Shown in pieces: positions 25,181 to 29,124 of a DNA stretch of 29,124 nt. The stretch is from an uncultured Muribaculaceae bacterium. Its GTDB lineage: Bacteria; Bacillota_I; Bacilli_A; RF39; UBA660. The notes below the pieces were generated by a model that was not told the origin of the DNA, made no database searches, and saw only the letters and a program-made list of their open reading frames with translations. Made by a program: the position numbers and the translations under genes. The stretch lies in contig CAYTGK010000002.1 of assembly GCA_964437305.1 (NCBI GenBank), positions 1-29,124 on the forward strand, written 5' to 3'. How positions within the stretch are numbered: the stretch's first letter is position 1; each line of letters opens with the position of its first letter.

Positions 25181-26303
25181 ACTTAATCTTACCTCCTATA
25201 ATTGTTTTTAAAACATTAAATTCTTTATCTACTATAATAATATCTGCATCTTTACCTATCTCAATTGAACCTTTTGTATTATCAATTTGAATAGCTTTAG
25301 CTGGATTAAGAGAGGCACAGTTAACACATTCATATAAAGGAATAGTACTATTTTTATAAACATTATAAACTCCCTTATTAAGTTTTAAGATAGAGCCAGC
25401 TATAGTTCCATCAAGAAGTCTACATTCAATTCCTTTAGAAATAAATTTCTCACCACCTAAAGTATATTCTCCGTCTGGTAGCCCTCCTGCTGGAAGGCAA
25501 TCGGTAATAAAACACAATTTATTACCTTTTAATTTATACATAATATCATATAAAGCTGGATGAATATGAAAGGTATCAACAATAAGTTCACAAGTAACAT
25601 CTGAATTCATAATTGCTCCCACAACTCCAGGATTTCTTTGATTTAAAGGACTCATAGCATTAAAAGTATGAGTAGCATGACGAACTCCAGCATAAGTGCT
25701 TTTCAAAGCTGTTTCATAATCAGCATCAGTATGCCCCATTGACACAATAACATTAGTTTCTCTTCGAATTTTTTCAATTTCTTTAAAGTCTTCATCCATT
25801 TCAGGTGCCATTGTAATTATTTTTATAATATCTTGATATTCTTTAACAAAGTTAGCATCAGGTTTTAAAATATACCTCTCATCTTGAGCTCCTTTTTTCT
25901 TAGGACTAATAAATGGTCCTTCTGCATGAACTCCTAAAATACTAGCTCCATCCCAAGACTTACTTTCTTCTTTTAAACTCCGACAAACTTTTAAAGATTT
26001 TTCAATAGTATCCTTAGAAACTGTCATTGTCGTTGGTAAAAAGCCAGTTACTCCATTTTTCATAATACCACTAGCAATTGTTTTAATACTATCAACATTT
26101 GCATCACAGACATCTTTTCCTAAATAACCATGAATATGAATATCAATTAAACCAGGTGCAACATAATTCCCTTTCGCATCAATTATCTTTACATCTTTCG
26201 GAACTTCTTCAACAATTCCCTCAATCTTATCAGAATATAAAAGTGTCTTACCTTCTAATATTCTATCTTTTAAAATAATTTTTCCATTAATAATAGCTTG
26301 CAT
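25170..26303 (-). CDS. nagA: N-acetylglucosamine-6-phosphate deacetylase
   Basis: PGLIDIHIHG, FLPTT, HAEGPFI, GHT, THTFNAM, H in DTFHIHP, catalytic D in ITDC, IAGS. TAATG overlap with murI. Confidence 0.96.
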   Translation of the reverse strand: MQAIINGKIILKDRILEGKTLLYSDKIEGIVEEVPKDVKIIDAKGNYVAPGLIDIHIHGYLGKDVCDANVDSIKTIASGIMKNGVTGFLPTTMTVSKDTIEKSLKVCRSLKEESKSWDGASILGVHAEGPFISPKKKGAQDERYILKPDANFVKEYQDIIKIITMAPEMDEDFKEIEKIRRETNVIVSMGHTDADYETALKSTYAGVRHATHTFNAMSPLNQRNPGVVGAIMNSDVTCELIVDTFHIHPALYDIMYKLKGNKLCFITDCLPAGGLPDGEYTLGGEKFISKGIECRLLDGTIAGSILKLNKGVYNVYKNSTIPLYECVNCASLNPAKAIQIDNTKGSIEIGKDADIIIVDKEFNVLKTIIGGKIKYEA

Positions 26304-27028
26304 TAAATCTCCTCCATTTCTATTATTTTATAATTATCATGAATTATCTTATCTATATTTTTTATTAAAACATTATCTATTTTGGTAAAATACATAGTTA
26401 AATTATATTTTCCCTTATTATCAATATTTAATTTATCTCTTAAACAAACTCCCATATCAATTATCTTAATATTATTATTCAAATATTTAAGAAATTCTTC
26501 CTTTAAACTAGGATAATGAGTACATCCAAGAATTAAAGCATCAACATCTTTTATTTTATCTATATAACTTTTAATAATATTAGAATCTAATTTAGATTCT
26601 TCAATCATAGGAACTAATTCTTTCGTTTCAACTTCCAAAACTTCCATTTTTAATCTTTCTTTAAATATATGGCTTTGAATAGTTCTGGTTGTTGCAAAAA
26701 CACCAATTTTTTTAAAATTCTTACTATTTACATACTCAATTGTTTCGGAAATAATATCAATAATAGGAACTTTACTTATTTTTTTAAATTCATAATAACA
26801 ATTAGAACTTAAAGTACCACAGGCAATAATAATTAAATCAACATCTTTACTTTCTAAAAATCTAATTATTTTTATTCCAAGTTTTAATAAAGTCTCTTTA
26901 TCTTTTTCACCATAAGGAATATTTTTAGTATCACCACAGTAAATATAAGTATTATTTTTATATTTCTTTAAAATTTCTTTTAAAACATTAAGACCTCCTA
27001 TACCAGAATCAAAAACACCAATTTTAAT
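26303..27028 (-). CDS. murI: Glutamate racemase, 241 aa, with an apparent ATT start codon
   Basis: The frame of ORF 26303..26647 stays open for 127 more codons upstream: (I)KIGVFDSGIGG..CGDTKNIPYG..IIIACGT..GVFATTRT..LGCTHYP. An in-frame TAA lies at 27049-47, with no ATG/GTG/TTG between it and KIGVFD. SD AGGTGAT (27038-32) lies 3 nt before ATT 27028. Confidence 0.9.
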   Translation of the reverse strand: MKIGVFDSGIGGLNVLKEILKKYKNNTYIYCGDTKNIPYGEKDKETLLKLGIKIIRFLESKDVDLIIIACGTLSSNCYYEFKKISKVPIIDIISETIEYVNSKNFKKIGVFATTRTIQSHIFKERLKMEVLEVETKELVPMIEESKLDSNIIKSYIDKIKDVDALILGCTHYPSLKEEFLKYLNNNIKIIDMGVCLRDKLNIDNKGKYNLTMYFTKIDNVLIKNIDKIIHDNYKIIEMEEI

Positions 27029-27036
27029 AATATCAC

Positions 27037-28491
27037 CTACTTTCTTTTATATATTTGATAAATAACATCTTTAGTTGGATATTCATATACTAAATCATAA
27101 TTAGTATCCTTGATATAAGTATATAGAAGTTCTTTACTATCAATGACTAAATAATCAAAATTATATTTATCTAAAAATTCTCGATAATTAAGTTTACCTC
27201 TTTCTAAATTATAATATTCAAATAAAATATCTTCTTTTTGATTATTCTTTTTTAAAAATACTTCAGCTCTAGCATCTAAATAAGTTTTATAGCCTAAATA
27301 TTCAAAATAAGCTCCATTATTATAATTAGTATAAAGTTTAATATTCTTTGGAACATTATCTTCTAAATAATTACCAACTTTTACTAATGGATTATTAAAT
27401 TCTTTATCTATTGGTATAAATATTATACAAATAATAAATATTCCAACTATCAAAAAACAAGTAATTGGTAAATAATATTTAGAAGTAACTTCTTTTTTTT
27501 CAAATGGAAAATAATCTTTTAAATTATAACTTAAAATTAATAAACTTGCAATACTAAAGAAAATAATCCCTTTATAATGTTTTAATAATAAATATGTAGT
27601 TCCCAAAATTAATAACAGATATCTTAAATTAACTTTTTTGTCTTTATTTAGATAATATGTTAATAAAACCATAAAAATATAAATTATAAATATTAAACCA
27701 TTCGTAATATTAACTGGTGTCATTTCTAATACTGAATTATTTATATAAGATATATCATAAGAATTAAAAAAGTATTTTTGTAATTCTAGTTTATAAGGGT
27801 TTATGATTGTTATTAATAGCATTAAAATAAAAGTTATGATTAAGGGAATTAATTTATAGTCTTCTTTAATAGTCCATTTAAATTTTAATTTACCTAAAAA
27901 ATAAGGAATTAAAAAAATAAATAAAATTGGCCAAATAGAGGCATGAAGATTTAACATTAATAAAGATATAATTGGAAGTCCTATTAAGTATTTATTCTTT
28001 TTCTTTTTAATATAAAGTTCTAATAAATAAATTTCTAATAATAACAATAATATATCAAAAATTTGAGGTCGTGTAGTAAAGGCAAACATTTCTAATAAAA
28101 TATCTGTTACAATCGTTATTAATAAGGATAATTTAACTTTATTATTTGAAACAAGTAAACAAAGTTTATACATTAAAAATATTATTAAAATATTTATAAT
28201 AACTAATAAAGCAAATATTCCATAAACACCTAATTTAGAATAAAGAATATAAAAAATTACATCAGTTAGCCATTGTTGAGGAATAAATTTTAAACCTTCA
28301 TGAATTGTAAAAGGTTCAATAGTAATGAAACCTTTAGTTAATATAGTTTTACCAGTATTGATTAAAAACCAAAAATCATTATCAATATTGAAAGTAAAAA
28401 ATAATAATATAATTGGTAAAAAAAGTAATAATAATCTTACTTCTTTAGGTGGATTCCAAGTTTTATATTTATGTAAAATTTTTCTAAGCAT
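27037..28491 (-). CDS. Polytopic membrane protein, putative GT-C-fold glycosyltransferase, 484 aa
   Basis: About 11-12 TM segments. First-loop acidic motif DNDFWFL..G..I, QQWLTD, RPQIF, NLHASIW, NPY, and a C-terminal soluble domain with YLDARAEVF. Architecture resembles PMT/ArnT-like GT-C proteins (pattern-based, not searched). Confidence 0.55.
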   Translation of the reverse strand: MLRKILHKYKTWNPPKEVRLLLLFLPIILLFFTFNIDNDFWFLINTGKTILTKGFITIEPFTIHEGLKFIPQQWLTDVIFYILYSKLGVYGIFALLVIINILIIFLMYKLCLLVSNNKVKLSLLITIVTDILLEMFAFTTRPQIFDILLLLLEIYLLELYIKKKKNKYLIGLPIISLLMLNLHASIWPILFIFLIPYFLGKLKFKWTIKEDYKLIPLIITFILMLLITIINPYKLELQKYFFNSYDISYINNSVLEMTPVNITNGLIFIIYIFMVLLTYYLNKDKKVNLRYLLLILGTTYLLLKHYKGIIFFSIASLLILSYNLKDYFPFEKKEVTSKYYLPITCFLIVGIFIICIIFIPIDKEFNNPLVKVGNYLEDNVPKNIKLYTNYNNGAYFEYLGYKTYLDARAEVFLKKNNQKEDILFEYYNLERGKLNYREFLDKYNFDYLVIDSKELLYTYIKDTNYDLVYEYPTKDVIYQIYKRK

Positions 28492-28508
28492 ATTATCACC
28501 TTTTAATC

Positions 28509-28517
28509 ATTATAACA
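28509..28517 (-). promoter_or_regulatory. Extended -10 promoter for the GT-C/murI/nagA/ROK operon
   Basis: TG-T-TATAAT (28517-28509), 18 nt upstream of ATG 28491. No good -35; overlaps the U-tract of the deoD terminator. Confidence 0.55.
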
Positions 28518-28545
28518 AAAAAATGAATGGAAAGCCACTCATTTT
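28517..28545 (-). terminator. Intrinsic terminator of deoD
   Basis: RNA AAAAUGAGUGG-CUUU-CCAUUCAUUUUUUU. The G-U wobble pairs only on the minus strand, which fixes the direction. Confidence 0.8.
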
Positions 28546-29124
28546 ATAACTTTAAAGTTGTCTCTAAAGCAACTTCAATCATATCATTTAATTTCTTTTC
28601 ACGATCTTCTGCTTTGATTTCTTCTTTAGTATAAGGTGAATCAACAACGGTTAATAAGCAAGCACATTTTTTATTTAAGAGTTTAGAAACAGCATATAGA
28701 CCAAAAGCTTCCATTTCAGCAACTTCAATATTCTTATCATTTCTTATATTAGGATAGTAAACATCAAAAACATCAACTGTTGTAACACAAGCTTTTTTAA
28801 GTTCAACATTCATATTTTTAGCTGTTTCTAAAATGATATTATTAATATCATCATAAATAGGTAATTCGTAAATTTCTTCATTAAACATTTGTTTAGAAAT
28901 ATTACTTAAAGTTTTAACTTTATTTGTAATAATTGTATCTCCTATTCCAAAATTTTTATTATGTGAGCCACAAGAACCTAATCTAATTATTATATCAACA
29001 TCATAAAACTTAAATAATTCATAAGAATAAATACCAATACTAGGCATTCCCATTCCATGTCCCATTACCGTAATTCTTTTATCTTTATAATAACCAGTAT
29101 AAGCATACATTCCTCTAATATCAT
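28544..29124 (-). CDS. deoD: Purine nucleoside phosphorylase (DeoD type), 5' end outside the window
   Basis: DIRGMYAYTG..GHGMGMPSIGIYSYELF..IIRLGSCG, EVAEMEAFGLY, LTVVD. The frame stays open to the window edge. Confidence 0.92.
   Translation of the reverse strand, partial: DIRGMYAYTGYYKDKRITVMGHGMGMPSIGIYSYELFKFYDVDIIIRLGSCGSHNKNFGIGDTIITNKVKTLSNISKQMFNEEIYELPIYDDINNIILETAKNMNVELKKACVTTVDVFDVYYPNIRNDKNIEVAEMEAFGLYAVSKLLNKKCACLLTVVDSPYTKEEIKAEDREKKLNDMIEVALETTLKL

Noticed and set aside
23795-26303. Horizontal acquisition of nagA/ROK suggested by higher GC
   Set aside because: parE/parC look similarly GC-richer, so the difference tracks amino-acid composition; no mobility signatures at the flanks.
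26303-26647. murI as a 114-aa truncated gene or pseudogene
   Set aside because: The frame is uninterrupted for 127 more codons containing all N-terminal MurI motifs.
28452-28479. dif-like sequence (gattccaagtt-ttatat-ttatgtaaaat), 10/11 match to the B. subtilis right arm TTATGTAAACT
   Set aside because: The left arm matches only 6/11 and lacks the conserved inner bases; it lies inside a coding region in AT-rich DNA. Likely chance.
5131-28549. Short opposite-strand ORFs (5131-5361, 8283-8528, 11337-11537, 13811-14023, 15287-15601, 17330-17536, 19670-19870, 20747-20968, 24708-24890, 28325-28549)
   Set aside because: All lie antisense within or across well-supported genes, lack SD sites and have the composition of reverse-complement shadows.
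1-29124. CRISPR arrays, tRNA/rRNA genes, IS elements, prophage genes
   Set aside because: No regular repeat-spacer pattern, no GC-rich structured RNA-like stretch, and no transposase, integrase or phage motifs; intergenic gaps are short apart from 11710-12554.

Overview
Very AT-rich (roughly a quarter GC by eye) chromosomal segment of a Firmicute/Bacilli genome using genetic code 11 (TGG=Trp, TGA=stop at parE). Gene style resembles small-genome uncultured gut Bacilli such as RF39 (inference). Housekeeping genes lie on the minus strand: tex, parC/parE, sbcC/sbcD, cca, hup, a YhhQ/VUT-like transporter, a metallophosphoesterase, a coupled GT-C-like/murI/nagA/ROK operon, and partial deoD. Sporulation genes are interleaved: partial cotJC, a CotJA-CotJB fusion, a SEDS gene plus a catalytically degenerate amidase-5xLysM gene, and a gerA-gerC-gerB operon. 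Items missed by the ORF track: (i) a full-length murI that can only start at an ATT codon; (ii) a multiply disrupted yafQ toxin pseudogene with a probable antitoxin 3' stub between sbcC and parE; (iii) a consensus sigma-G-type promoter placed to give a leaderless SEDS mRNA; (iv) cotJC at the left edge. No rRNA, tRNA, CRISPR array or intact mobile element was seen.
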